Assembly: GCA_043228905.1 (NCBI GenBank)
Contig: JBHGNT010000003.1
Location: 3,720,001-3,784,000, forward strand
Direction: 5' to 3'
DNA length: 64,000 bases
DNA from: Azolla caroliniana
Taxonomy: Eukaryota; Plantae; Polypodiophyta
The stretch's first letter is position 1. Each line of letters begins with the position of its first letter. The notes beneath the pieces were generated by a model, which saw nothing but the letters and a program-made list of their open reading frames with translations, did not search any database and had not been told where the DNA came from. A program made the translations under genes and the position numbers. Below are positions 49,429 through 63,690 of the stretch, one piece after another.

Positions 49429-52400
49429 GTCACATGATATATTTTTTCTCAATTTACTAGATGCCACTACAGAATGTACCAAACTTCATGGGGTTGTATT
49501 TGTTTGTCAATCCTCAAAATCACGAGTAGCATGTAAGCATCTATGTACTTGCACATCATACATAGATACATATATACATAACCAACATATTTAAATGGAG
49601 TTGACGACATTCATAGAATGAGGAGCACGTCAATGGTGTGTACACAAACACGTCATGTAAATTGAGTCAAGGCCAACTTATTGTGGTGCCCTTTGGAGCC
49701 TTGCAATATAAAAACAACATGGCTCATAGATGTATAGATCTTTGCAGCGAGCATTTTTTTAACAATAATTTTATCCACTCACTTGTCAATTTGTAACACC
49801 CAGATAGGTAGCACATTCTAGGAAAAAGTGTAGGCAAAGTTGGATGTTCCCCACCAATATATGAGGCATAAAAAGTACGTGCATTTCTAAATCCAAGAGA
49901 TCTTGGGCTTTGAAATAATTCTCCTTGCAAAATGCACAACACATAGTTTATTCAATAACAACTTGTTGCCATTACAATACAAAGTTTATTCAATAAGAAG
50001 TTACGACTGTTACATCTTTAAGTTTACTCTATAAGAAACCTCATTCCTCTAGTGGGCATATAGGTTTAGATAACAAAGTATGTATCCTCTTCCGTGATCT
50101 CCAAATCTTCTTTTGACACACATAACTATGTATGTCACTTTCTCTATTGATTCATAAGTAGCCATTAATCGCATAATCTATCATGGCATTAGAAATGTTG
50201 AATTTCAAAACATGACTTAATATTATAATATTGCGAATTTTGTGACTCAAACTATATTATTTTTTATTTTCATTATAACTATAAGTGTATCCCTTCTTCT
50301 GCATGTAAATATAGTCATGGTGGCATGTGCTTCCTAGGGTTTGTTTCCCAGTGGAAACCCACGTGCTTGAATGCTTGCACATAGGATTATTGGTGATCAT
50401 TCTGATTAGTGCAAGCTCATAAATCAGTTCTCCATGATTTTCAAGGTCTGTATTTTTGTTTTAGATTACTTTATGATAGTGTTTGCAATTAGCAAACATA
50501 TGTAATGTTGTTGTTGAAGATGAGCTCACAAGAGGAGGGGTTTTGAGCTCATTTTGTATGTGCGTGATGCTGTAATTAAAAAGAGTTTAAATCAATTGTG
50601 ATTTTCTTCATACATCTTGGACGATTGTGATATAAGAGATATGAATACAATGTAGCATTATGTGTACCAAGGCTGTATGGTTTAAATGTATGAATGATGA
50701 TTAGGGAGGCTTAAAGTTAATGGCTTGTAATAAATTATCTAACTCAATGACTCTACCTCGGCAATTGAGAACACAAACCTTATGGGGGATAGTGGAGAAA
50801 GTAATACATACATAGTACATACAATCCTCAACATGATGTATTGGGGAGTCTTAAAGCTAATAACATCTATAAGACCTTGGACATTGACTTTTGTTATTTC
50901 AAGGAGATATATTTCTTCTGTTATTTCCGAAACATCAGAACACGTTGAGACACGTAGACACATCACAACTTGTTGATACATGATCTATTAAAGGATAGTA
51001 ACCCTTTCAAGTAGGATTCTTTAGATCCTTTATCCATAAAAAAGGTGCATAATCTAACTATTTGGGGATTTTGTCTTGTCATTATATATAGATATAGTAT
51101 GACAATTATGAGTTTAGATGGAAAATGAACTTTACAAATTCCATCAAGCAAAGATGCATGATAAGCTTGATATCAACATGTTTATGTTTCTTGTTATAAA
51201 GCCATCTACAACTATGTCTGTTTTTACTCAATGTTGTGATCAAATTTTATACATAGCACATCATTTTTTCTATAACAAGTGGAAGCCAAGCATCATAATA
51301 GGGCATGTTTCAACTTAGATAATTCGATTCTCATAGGTTAATGCCACCTTTAATGTTGAAAGAATATTTCCATATTCTTCATTTAGAGAATAATCGAAAC
51401 GTGATCCACTCAAATAATCCATACATCGTCCTCCTCAAATTATATACCTTTGTAAGAAATTAACGAAAACTTAAGTTTTGACTTAATGTTAAATCAAGTG
51501 AGAACACAGGTCATGTTTATGCATATATGTGTACAATCTTCGGAAGGGTACATCCGACATTCAAGTGGATGGAAAATTCACAAGGAAGTTTACAAACAAC
51601 ACATTTCATGCAAAGGTAGTGCGCAACTTTGTAGAGTTCCATTCTTAGCATTCCCATATGTATAAATGCATGCTTAAGCATTACTCTCCATGTACATTCC
51701 TCTATATTTTGATAAACCGAAACACGCTTGATGTACCACAATCTCCTTCAAGTAGCACTTGGTTTGACCATAGTTGACACGAAATACATTTGCTAACCTT
51801 GTTGATTGAAAATATTTAATGTGTTTTCTTTATTTAAGGAAGCATCTTTTTCCTAGTTCACCTTGACTACAACCGACAACAACACTACTTTATTGCAATG
51901 TATTTCAAAGTCCCCTTCCCCCAAAATAATATGACAAAGAATTCTATTAACATTTATGTGTTTATGAGCCATGTACGATGTCTTGTAGATTCATAAGGTG
52001 TAGCATGAATACACCATGAAAAGACAAGGACTTGTGATCAAGACTTGCAATGCGCACTCGTGTTGGGGATATCAAATTTGTGCCTCGTAGTTTGGAAAAA
52101 TATCACTATATACCCCTGGTCAATGTGTACATAATACCTTTGGCATATGTGCAAAAGTAGAATAAAACTCTCACAAGGAAGCAAAATCCGTCTAAGAAAG
52201 TGGCCATTTTCACTTAATAGTAGGCATGAAGCCGATGGACATTAATATTTTCTGTGTGAGCAATGAATAACCCTTAGAGAATATCCATTGACCAAAGGGT
52301 AATGTAAATTGGACATTTATGTGGCAAAGAGACAAAGACCATTGCGAATATCAATTATCCTCTATTCCATACAAATTGTTGCCACATCCATTGCCTAGTG

Positions 52401-53911
52401 ATGAGACAATTTAATTCTTTCACATCGGTCCCCCAGTTAAAAAACATATGAAATCCTTTGTTATCATACCAATGTCGTTTGATAAAAAAGAACAAAAAAA
52501 TCTCTCATTAGTGTCTCGCCCCCCCCAAAAGAAAAAATCATAAGCTATTAACAATCAAATTAGATGGAACTCAATGAGACAATGTTTCCTAGCTCAAAAT
52601 ATTCAAATGTATGGAGAATGCATATATATATATTGTAGTTTAGAGTTTTGGTGTCATGGAGGTTATCCCATCTACAACTCTCTCTTCATTTCTTCATTAT
52701 TGTTTGGACTATTGCTAACCCCATGGTATTGAGTCCAATAACTTAAACTCGATTTTTAATAGCTAATTGACCCCCTATCTCATATATGATGCTTGATGAG
52801 GAACCATTTTATTATAAAGGAAATCCATTTATAGGGATCGTTGGTAAGCCAATAGCAACGTGCAAGAGACAATTGTCATCCACATATTGGATGCAAGTTC
52901 ACACTTGAGTTTATAGATATACTATATTCGCTCCATATTAATTAATCAAATCCCTAAAATTTAAAGTGGTGGGAAGGCAATGAGAGTGCACATTAATGGG
53001 CTACACATTATTACATTCAATCATCAAAATGTGCCCTTAGGAAAAGGAAATGGGGGTGATTAACAAGCGATTCAAGCCTAACCATGTCATAATCCATCAC
53101 TTGAGAATGTGTATTATTATATGTTGTGTGGTGAAAATGGAGAAAATAAAATTTGAAGGTTAAATTGCAATCTCTAAAGTATGTTTTGTGTGAAAATGGA
53201 GGATTGACTTTGTTTATTACATAAACAAGAAGCACATGATACATAATTATATTGAGGAATGTGGCATTAAATTTCTTAATCGAGGCATGAAAGGATCTAG
53301 AGGTCCTTTCTTTTGTCATTTGAGTTGAGCGTGGACATCTTAGGGCGCGATTCACATAAACATATTACATTTGTAACTTGAAAGGTGTCTTTTTTTTGTG
53401 CACAACTAGGAGGGAATTTTAAAGAGGTGTTGCTTTAATGATGTTATCCAATGACAATTCGATGTCGGGGTGGATGTAGATATGCATAACATATATACTT
53501 TACATCTAAAGACGGAGATGTCCATGTGGGGTTCCACGGTAAAGTTGTCCGGAAGAAAGGAAAAATGAAAAAAAGAGTAGAGTTACAAGGATACAACCTC
53601 TTATGTGGATGTTGACTTTACGCCGAATCTGTTTTCAGTTACGAAGGGTAACAAATTACAATGATGGATTTTTTGGACAATTGGAAACCTCTATATGTTG
53701 TTGAAGAAAGAATAAATCTCATTATGAATTGAATTGGGTAATCATATAATATGACGGGAAAAGTGTTGAAAAGAAAGTCAAGCCTTTAGGAGTAATAATG
53801 AAAGAGCACTATTTTGATTCTTGAAAGGTTAGGTGGGGTATTGTGCACTAAGTTTGGCACATGGGGAAAGTGACCCACTTGGTAATCAAATATATCATCT
53901 TACACTACATG

Positions 53912-53946
<35 letters not shown>

Positions 53947-56900
53947 TATCGTTACTAACTATCATGTGAGATTGTTGAATAATGAGAAACAAAGTACTAA
54001 GAAAACAATTTTTCCCTACATAAATCCTCGCTTGTGGTCACCTAGAGTAGAGGAGAGCACGGCATGACAAACATGGGATAAGGTATCGATGATCTCACCA
54101 AATTTTCAGCTTATGATGACGAATTTGATTTTGCAAACAAGGCATGGCGGCATGGTTGACATATGTGTATATGCTTGTGATGGGAGGGGGAAGCAAATAA
54201 TATGTAACACACACTCATGAAAAATCAAGGGTGTAATCTATTTCTTATTCCAAAATCCTTTCCTTAGACAAAATTGCATAATCTTATATGGTTCTTTACA
54301 ACGATACAATCTGGATGAGGCATCATGTGGGGCTTTGATATAGATTACCACGATCAATCTTACTATCTTCTCTGTTTTTATCTCGATCTAATGTTCTATA
54401 CATTCCATTCTTGAACAAGCTATATGTATATACGTTTTTTTTGTATCACGAGGCATATCGACCTCTATAACCATTGACAAAGATCATGATTGACACGTAT
54501 TTCAATCAGTTGAAAAAAAAGTGGGTTGCATGTACGTTGTGAGCGATTTGGATCAAGATTGTAGGGTAGTGATATTGAGCATTTACAAATCAAGCATGTC
54601 ATAAGAGTTGTCTAGAGAATTTCGGGTCGGCATGGTATAACGCATGGACATCATCACCGAGTAGTGATCTTGAGCATCGTAGGTGAGAGTCATGAGTCAA
54701 GACTATACTATGGAGGGGCAAAAAGAAACATTACATGTCATCAAAGGAAAATGGAGGAACTTGTCTTAGGGAGGAATTTTTAGTTTGTCTTTCTTTCTTT
54801 CTGGTTTTTTTTTTATAAACCTTTGTTTTTTTGAACTGCTTTCATTATTACATTCTTATTTGTTTTTTCTTTCATGTGCGTGTGTGTGTGAAATTTGAGT
54901 TAATGATAAATTATCCTTAGGGGAAAAAACAATATAAATAACTAATTAAAAACAATAAGGAGTATAGTTTTTTATTTTTATTAAATCTATTTTTGAGCAT
55001 CATTTTAAAGAGAGGGGCCTTTGAATTGACCTAATAAATAAATTAATAAACTAAGATTTTATAACACTATTTTATTTGGTATTTTTTCTCCCCTTCCTCG
55101 TATTAAAAATGTAACGTTGGCTTCTTCATTTTCCTCTCTCTGGATTTCAAACTAGACAAATTACAAATTTTAAAATTTAAATTTTTACCATGAAAACCAA
55201 TTGGTTTTCAAAGGTTTTTTAGTTATATCCTAGCTCTCCTGAGTCCTGGCCCTACCTACTCTCGCTGCTTTGGGTCCCTCCATGTGCTTAAGTGCAACTA
55301 CATTCGTTATATCTTCTTGCGGCCATACACATGTTTGTATACCAGTTGGCACCACTAAATTATTGGCCACCGTCTCTTGTTCACCGTCTTGACCTCGCCG
55401 TGCTTCGATCAAGTATAAACATACAAAATTGAGAGATAAGATGTGTGTCATGTCTATATTAACATATTGTATAAAGAGTTGTATGGGCTCCAAGACACGA
55501 CATGATAATAATATCACTATCCTATTGTAGCGTGTCAATTCAAGAGTTGTAGATAGACATATGTATGCTAGTTCTGGTATTGTTTGTTATTACGTAGAAT
55601 TGACGTGGTTGGATTCGAAACTTGGAAGTATTAAGAAATGCAACAAGGTTAACTTTTCTACTCATTTTAATGAATGGGATATACAATCATACTCGCCAAA
55701 AAAATAAATCTATCTCTAGGGATTCCCTATTTGCATTGCAAACAACATTTCTTACCACTACTGGCAGACGAGTAGAGCACTGTAATTGTTTGGACATTTC
55801 CACAGTCATCATTGGAAATTTTGAGCAATGTATGTTTTATGATTGTGGCTCTTTCTAGATATGACTCATAGTAGCTATCATTAAAAAGGAGAAGGTTTGG
55901 ACATCGAATATGAAACCTTGACGAGCTCTAAAAGGAAAAACAATAAATAAATCGTGTAATGACCTATCTACATAAGTCTTCCAATGATGAAGTTTTATTT
56001 CAGTGAGTAGACATATTTTACTCATTTCTGGACTACTAAGTACGATGCAGTAAGGTTAAAGGGACACTTGAAAGCATCTTTTTATGGTTTCCTTCTCGAG
56101 AAGTTTGTTAATATAGTACAAATCAATATTCTTGCATATATCCAAAAATGTGAAAGCCAAAGTCGTATAAGATCGGAAGTGGTCTTGTTATTTTTCCGAA
56201 AGATGATGTTTAATTGTTTTAATTTTTCGTACGGATGTGAGCCCGAAGATTAATTGAGATCAAACAAATTATGAGGTTATATAATCATGTTCACATGGAG
56301 CAATGTCAGTGTGATAGGAAAGTTTTCGGTAGAAAAACAACAAGGTGAATCTCAATGGCAGGAATGCTTGGGGTCAATCTTTCTCCCAATGTTTTCTCAG
56401 CCTTCGAATTTCCCTCGAGGCATTGCATGGGTGGTTGGAACTTGCTAGCTCTATAGCTAAGCTAGAAAATTTAGCAAACATTAATGTACGAGATTATAAA
56501 AGATGATGTCGCAACACCACAAAATTTGCAATATATATTCAATTGCTTCATACATGATCCATGCCATTCACTTGTGAAATGAGCTTAGTGTATCAAAGCT
56601 CTAATCTCTTTTGTCGAGACTCGATATTGGACATTTAGTGCTAGCAATGAGCGTAAACTCCTTTTCGTAACTAGAACTCTTATCTACATTCCATCATGAC
56701 ACTATTACCACTCATTACTTCTTTTGATTCGACCACTTTCTTGGCGTTTGATTTTGCACATTCCCCAAGCATGTAGATGTACTTCTAAAAAAACATTGCG
56801 TCTTTTGCTAATCATGTATCATAACACCCTCTTTGCTATTCATGAATGTATTTCTCATGAGTAGATGACATTGTTGATGTTTTGAAAGGCATGCCAATGA

Positions 56901-58237
56901 TATATAAGTTAGGTTGTTTGTATCAAAATCATATAATACTTGTGAATGCAAACTTTCATGTACTTCCTATTGCCTCATGTTTTTTCACCCTCGTTGTCCT
57001 TTTTCTATGCCCTTCAAAATTATGATGAGATTTTGACATCCACTATCATTTTATAGAAATCACAAGGGAGCTTGTGCTAGAGCACATTGAGAAATTCATC
57101 ATGTCAAAGCTTTTTTGGGGTCCTCAAATGATGGTTCGCTATTATTATTTGATGGAACCAAGGAGTCGAGTGAGTACAACTTCAAAATGTTGAACCTTAG
57201 GGGAATGATACAATGTTTGTTGATGGCATTGTGATTAACAACCTCCAAAATTGTGACATATGTATGCTTAATCATCCATGTAAACAAATACTTTCACTTT
57301 TTTTTTTGGCATTATTGCCTTTTGCTTACAAACCAATATAAGATGGTGAAAAGGAGTTGAAATGTCAATGTAAGCCATCTAAAGGGATTGTGAACTTCCA
57401 ATTTTGTGGCATGAGAAACATAGGATATGATTAAATATAGTATTTGCACTACAATCCCAACAAGGTATGTGTTGCTAGCTACAACATTCAAACTTGAGAG
57501 ACCAATCTTCAAGTTTTCCCTCCCTCATGAAATAGACTTGAGATTAATCATGAATCTTGAAATCCTTACAAGGCTAACAACCTTAAGCCTTTAGGTACAA
57601 TACTCACTCTAGAAATACAATTTGAAATGAAGCACTATATATATATAGAGAGAGAGGTTATTATGTTCCAACACTTGTGGCACCAACATGAATCATTCTC
57701 ACATTATGTAGTGACTTGATGATTTAGATTTTTGCATCTAAATGTTGCAATTGAGAGTGCTCATTGCATTGTAGTAGAGTATTCGACGTTTTGCCTCAAA
57801 TAAGTTGATCGGGGGTAAACTAAGCATAGTTTAGAGGGCCGTCTGTTCGAGTGCAATGCATAAGCCTCAATCTCCTCTACGCTTACTCTCTTAATTCATA
57901 GACCAAGTTAATTTTGTATAAAGTAACAAAAAAAGAAAGGTTTATGAAATCATAGTCATATATTATATATCGGTTGGAAAAAAGTTGTAAGTATTAAGTT
58001 TTTAGTTAAGATCCTTTGCATATGTATTGACGATTGTGTTCACGTGTCCTTAGATAGAAATCTACGTGTTCACTCTCTTTGATGAGGCGTATTTTGGGAA
58101 CTTGGAGGGGGGTACTTTGGGAGTTCATCAACATGAGGGGTAGTTTAGGAATTCCACAAAACATAAAGATATTTTATGGAAAGATGACATGAAGATCAAT
58201 GGAAGACCTATGCATCATGGAAATGATATTGGGAATC

Positions 58238-58840
58238 TTTAAGTACTTGTTGTACGTGGCATGCCCGTGAAGACATCAATATTGGTTTTGGCACTAAAGA
58301 CTAAAGGCAAGACCAAGAAAAAAGGGATTGATCAAAGTTGGCTATAGAGCCTTAGGCATAAATCCCTACTCCAATGGAGAGGGGGAAATCTCTTTGTAGC
58401 AATAAATGTCAATTCTACGACTGTTAAACTCTTCTTTGTGAACCTTTAATTTCCCCCCCCTTCGTAACTTAAGCTAGAGCTCTCTCTCTTTCCCCCTCAT
58501 ATTTGTGAATGATTAATGTTAGAGGTTTAAAGCCAAACATTAATCACTCTCCTCATTATATGTGTTGTCGTGACCTAATAACAATGGTGTGCTTAGCATG
58601 GTTCTATTGACATTTGCTTACTTGTCTTAATGTAGTTAACACTTAATTCTTTAAAAGGCATTTGTTAACTTCTCACTAGTATCATCTTGGTGATAGAAGT
58701 CAGTGAGACTTCGCAAAATTTGGGTAGATGAAGTTAATGGCTTAAGGGTGCTTGATGACCACACTTGCTTGAACCCCTCGGCACACAACTTTAGCAAGGA
58801 GAGAGAACTCCCACTAAAATGAGGAAGTGCACTCAGTGTG
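58238..58840. repeat. Diverged ~600-bp repeat, inverted partner of 63080-63690
   Basis: GGCACTAAAGACTAA..AAGACCAAGAAAA and TTAGCAAGGAGAGAGAACTC..GTGCACTCAGTG appear as reverse complements, in mirrored order, at 63080-63690. Confidence 0.8.
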
Positions 58841-59389
58841 TCACAACTTAAGATTATATATTTTTTGAAATTGTTGTCAGGGAATCATTATCCTTGTTTT
58901 TTTAGCCTTTGTGCATATAAGACTCTAAATTACCATTAAGCAAAAATAAAGAAAACAGGGCGCTAGACCACATGAACACTGCCTTGTGAAGGTGAAAGAT
59001 TGATCATAGTCCCCCATCAATGTTCCATACCATAGAGTTCAGACATGGATCTTATCTTGGGTATGAAGGAGGCACACGTGTATGAGGCTAGAGCTTTTCC
59101 ACATAGTTAAGAGACTTTATCAAAATTAATAAAGATGATGATCCCCTTCATGAAGGTAGCTAGCCTTCTTATATAGGATAGGTCTCTTTGTGTTTCACAC
59201 TTGGCTACTTTATTAGACGCGATTAAGTGATGAAACACTATAAATTTTTTCCCATCATAGGATTGAGAATACCTCAATCCTGACCCTTTATTCCCTATGA
59301 ATTAATCCATGCCTTAACCCTAAAGTTAGAGAACTATGGTTATGATTATGCGTTCCTATTAAACTGATAAGAACATATACTACGCTCCT

Positions 59390-60900
59390 GATGATCTAGG
59401 AGCAATTAACTATTTTGATCAAATGCTACTTGAGGGTGTTCCTCCCGATGCTATTACATCCACATCTGGTCTTAAGATATATAGTAGAATTAGAAATGGA
59501 GAGAGAGGAAAAGAATTACATATCCAAATCATAAAGAAGGGGTTGTTGGAGAAAGATCGGGTTATTATTGGGTTCTTTCATAGATTCTCAAGAAGTCTTC
59601 GACGTGATTCCACAAAAGAATGTAGGCTTGTAGAGTAATCTCATTGCATTTTACATGAAATATGAGCATTATGAAAGGGCATTGGAATTTTTAAAATAAA
59701 TGTAGCATGTAGCTTGAAGTCTTGAAGCAACATTAGCGCCATTCAAAAGGGTAGAGAAATGCATTATGTGATCGAAAAGGCATCATTTGTAGACAAACAC
59801 TCAGTTATTGGCAATGTATTGGTTGATATGTATGCAAAAAAATGGTTTCTTAACACAATCACAAGAACTGTTTGACAAGCATCCAATCCAAAGTGTAGGT
59901 TTGAGGATTGTATATATCTGGATATGTTGAACATGAATATGATGAGGAAGATTGATTTGCTTCGAGCATATGCAAATTCATGGTATTTCTCCAGATGCTA
60001 TAACTTCTTGTGGGCAAATTTATCTCGGAGATAGTGAGTTTGGCCCTCAAATGGAAAGCTCACCCATGGATTTAGGTCAGCTTCTTGGTCTCTCTGGGAC
60101 AAGATTATATGCATTTTGTAAGCTTAAAGGAAAGTGAATAAGATATAAAGGTACTAATTGATTATAGAAGTGAGGAATGGAAATTTAGTCTTTTGACAAC
60201 CTGCCAGTCAAAGATGTGATCCTATGGACTGCACTAATCATTGCTTATGCAGAACATGAGCATGGTGAGGAAGTATTAAACCTCATGAAGGAGATGTAAA
60301 TACATAATTATATCTCGTCAAATACATTTGCACTTGTTTCTCGCTTGAAAGTTTGTGGTGATACCAAAGACATCAATCAAGGTAGTGTTAATATATGACG
60401 ATATTGTGAAGAACGCGTTACAAACTGAGACCTTCATTGCCAATACCTTAATGGATATGCATGCCAAATGTGGTTTCCTCTCAACAACACATGCAATTTT
60501 CGATGATCTTCCTATGAAAGATGCAATTTTATGGAATATATTGACTGCAGGATATGTGGAACATGGATATCTCTCCCTCTTTGAGCAAATTCAAAGACTA
60601 GGCATCCCTCCAAATACTGTTACACACTTGTTTGCTGCTTGAAAGCATGTGGTAACATTGGAGCTACATTAGCAGGCAATGAAATTCACAGGGAAAGTAT
60701 ACAAAAAGCTGTTGAAAGAGATTATTTCATTGGGAATATGTTAGTAGATATGTATGCTACGGGTCACTTGCCGAAGGACACATAGTATTTAACAGGCTTT
60801 CAGTCTAGGAATAGGTCTTTTGGATTGCACTAATTGTAGGATATGTTGAGAATGGGAAATTTTAGGAAGTGCTCAATCAAATCTATCAAACAAAGGATTC
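59390..60900 (+). pseudogene. Decayed PLS-class pentatricopeptide repeat (PPR) gene fragment
   Basis: Broken PPR motifs: MLLEGVPPDAIT, GKELHIQIIKKGL, GNVLVDMYAK, DVILWTALI, ANTLMDMHAKCG..FDDLPMKDAILWNIL; many stops and frameshifts. Confidence 0.88.
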
Positions 60901-61009
60901 ATGGGCAGCCATTGTCTTACACAAGATGAGCTTGGTAAGGATAGTCACTTCCTTTCCATCTATTTTAAAACTAATGGAAGGATATGTTCTTTTGAAGAAA
61001 AAGAAAAAC

Positions 61010-61505
61010 AATGTGCTCCTATTGTGCCATGGGTTCGTGTCTTCTTATCATGTGTTGTGTTCGCAAAAAGACTTTGTGATATGTGTTTGTATGAAGGGCT
61101 TCATGTGAATATCATAGGACTAAAAATAACTCAGTCCTTACCCATATTCCTTATGAATTTAGCACACCTAATCCAAATGTTAGAGAACTACGGTTATGAT
61201 TATGCTAGTATTAGTGTGTTCCTATTGTGTGATGGGTTCATGTGTTCTTATCATGTGTTGTGTTCGCAAAAAGGCTTAATGAAATGTAATTCTATGAAGG
61301 GTTTCATATCGATATCATAGGGTTGAGAATAGTTCAATCATTACCCTTCATTCCTTATGAATTAGCTCACACCTAATCCTAAGGTTAGAGATTATGCTCA
61401 TAACAATGTGTTTCTATTGTGCGATACATTTGTGTGTTCTCATCTTGTGTTGTGTTCATGAAAAGGCATTGTGAGATGTTTTGGTATAACGAATTTCGTG
61501 TGAAG
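61010..61505. repeat. ~205-bp tandem units (2.5 copies), with a further copy at ~59250-59362
   Basis: CCTATTGTG...GTGTTGTGTTC...TCATAGG...ATTCCTTATGAATT...GTTAGAGA recurs. Confidence 0.8.
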
Positions 61506-61511
61506 CCGTTG

Positions 61512-62980
61512 TGTTAAGAGTCTATTACTAATCAATAGACCAAAGTAAAGTAAAAGAAGGAAAATAGAATGGATAGAAGAACCCGTTCCACCCGACCACC
61601 CCCGAGCTATGATCTAGACATAGCCAACCTACCACCGACGTCCCATACCGCCGGATATTAGGATGACTAATACCTTGGAAGAGATAAACACAATCGTCAA
61701 GACGAAAGCCTAGCCCGCACCACCGGTGTCTAAGACAACAACCTTCCGACGTAATCTCCTTATGAGGGTAGCTAAGCCTCATATTAAAACCTTTTCCTAG
61801 GCCCCTTGAATAGATGTGCCTTTCTAAAAGGCTCTCCATTCATTGGTTTTCCAAATCATGATAGTGCATGCACCTATCATTCCTTCTATCCAATCATTAG
61901 TCCCCTTTTTAACAATAGTGAACTTACCCTTCACTAATGTAAATATTAGTGACCTACCCTCACCAACGTTATGTGTACATAACATACTCCCCTACTTCAA
62001 AAGATTTCACTCTTGCAATATAAAGTGAGGAAATTGTGCCTTAAGAGTATGCTCGTGTTCCCATGTGGCATCATCAATAGGTTTATCCATCTATTTGATC
62101 TTGAAAAGCCGAATCTCTTTAGAACGTAAACGTTTAGTACGAGAATCAAGAATTCGTTCAAGAACATGAGGTTTGTAAGAAAAATCCTCTAATGTTACAA
62201 GATCTTGGATTGAGATGGTGTTATCACCAAAGCCTAAAGAAAGTTTTAGACAACTGACATGAAAAACAGGATGAATACCAACGTTACGGGGTAAGCTAAG
62301 GTGATAAGCAGATGACCCAACCCGCTTAAGGATTTCAAATGGGCCACGATATCGTGGGGCTAACTTAGGGCACTTGCCCGTAGACAATGACGTAGAGTTA
62401 GTAGGGACACGCAAAAAAACTTTTTGGCCAATAGTAAATGCACGAGGACGTCTATCCTGATCAGCATAGACGTCAACATCGCTCACACGCAAAAAAAATC
62501 AAATTTTTTTTTTTATAGTAAATGCTCTTATACCACTGTTAAGAATCTATTACTAATCAATAGACCAAAGTAAAGTAAAAGAAGGAAAATAGATTGGATA
62601 GAAGAACCCGTTCCACCCGACCACTCCTGAGCTATGATCTAGACACAACCAACCTACCACCGACGTCCCATACCGCCATATATTAGGATGACTAATACCT
62701 TGGAAGAGATAAACACGATCATCGAGACGAAAGCCTAGCCCGCACCACCGGTGTCTAAGACAGTAGCCTTCCGACGTAATGTCCTTATGAGGGTAGCTAA
62801 GCCTCATATTTATACCTTTTTCCTAGGCCCCTTGAATAGATGTGCCTTTCTAAAAGGCTCTCCATTCATTGTTTGTCCAAATCATGATAGTGCATGCATT
62901 TATCATTCCTTCTATCCAATCATTAGTCCCCTTTTTAACATTAGTGAACATACCCTCACCAACGTTATGTGTACATAACA
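61512..62980 (-). mobile_element. Internally deleted (TRIM-sized) Ty3/gypsy chromovirus, 1469 bp
   Basis: LTRs 61512-61984 and 62537-62980 (TGTTA..TAACA); exact TSD CGTTG; PBS TGGTATAAGAGC (tRNA-iMet type) next to 62537; PPT AGTAGGGGGAGTA next to 61984. The 552-bp interior encodes integrase GPF/HPVFHVS and a chromodomain (ERILDSR...DATWE) with a stop. Confidence 0.95.
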
Positions 62981-63079
62981 CGTTGTTGCGTAAAAACATG
63001 CGTTTGAGCTAACAATAACATTAAGCATTAGCATTGAGCTCCCTAACAACAATAAAAGATGTGTCTTCTCGAGGTAGAT

Positions 63080-63690
63080 TGCACTGAGTGCACATTTTTG
63101 TTTTGGTGAGAGTTCTCTCTCCTTGCTAAAATAGTATTTTTTAAGGGGTTCATACCACCATATGTCATGTTGGTGGCAAACTAGACAAGAGTGTTCATCA
63201 AGCACTCTCAACTTTCAAGTCGCTAACCTTGTCTACTCTAACTTCAATAACTCTCAGTCACAAAGTCAACAATATTAAAAAGTTAACTAATTCCTTCTAA
63301 GGGCTTAATTGTTCATAACAAATAGAAATATGTTACCACATCTCAATTGTTATGCCACGAGAACATATACAATGAGAAGGGTGATTAGTGTTTGTCTTAG
63401 AAGTTCTTAATACTAACTACTCAAAAATATAAGGATAAGAGAGAAAGATGTATTGCTTAATTAAAAAGGGAGAGAAAACTAAAGTTTCAAGAAAAAGAGC
63501 AAAAAAGTCAGAAAACGACTTTTATAGCTCCTTTACCAAGAAATTATTTGCTTTCACATTACGGCTACCATTAGGCCCAAAGCTCTAGAGCCAACTTTAT
63601 TTCATCATTGTTTTCTTGGTCTTTCCCTTAGTCTTTAGTGCCACAATGCCGATATCTTTATGGTTCCTACTATATACAACATGTACTTAA
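63080..63690. repeat. Diverged ~600-bp repeat, inverted partner of 58238-58840
   Basis: See partner entry. Confidence 0.8.

Noticed and set aside
54919-55094. Possible small MITE with GGGGA..TCCCC ends
   Set aside because: TIR match is too weak in AT-rich sequence and no TSD was found.
61528-62807. Two similar ORFs (MRLSYPHK...) on the - strand
   Set aside because: They lie inside the two LTRs, so they are not genes.
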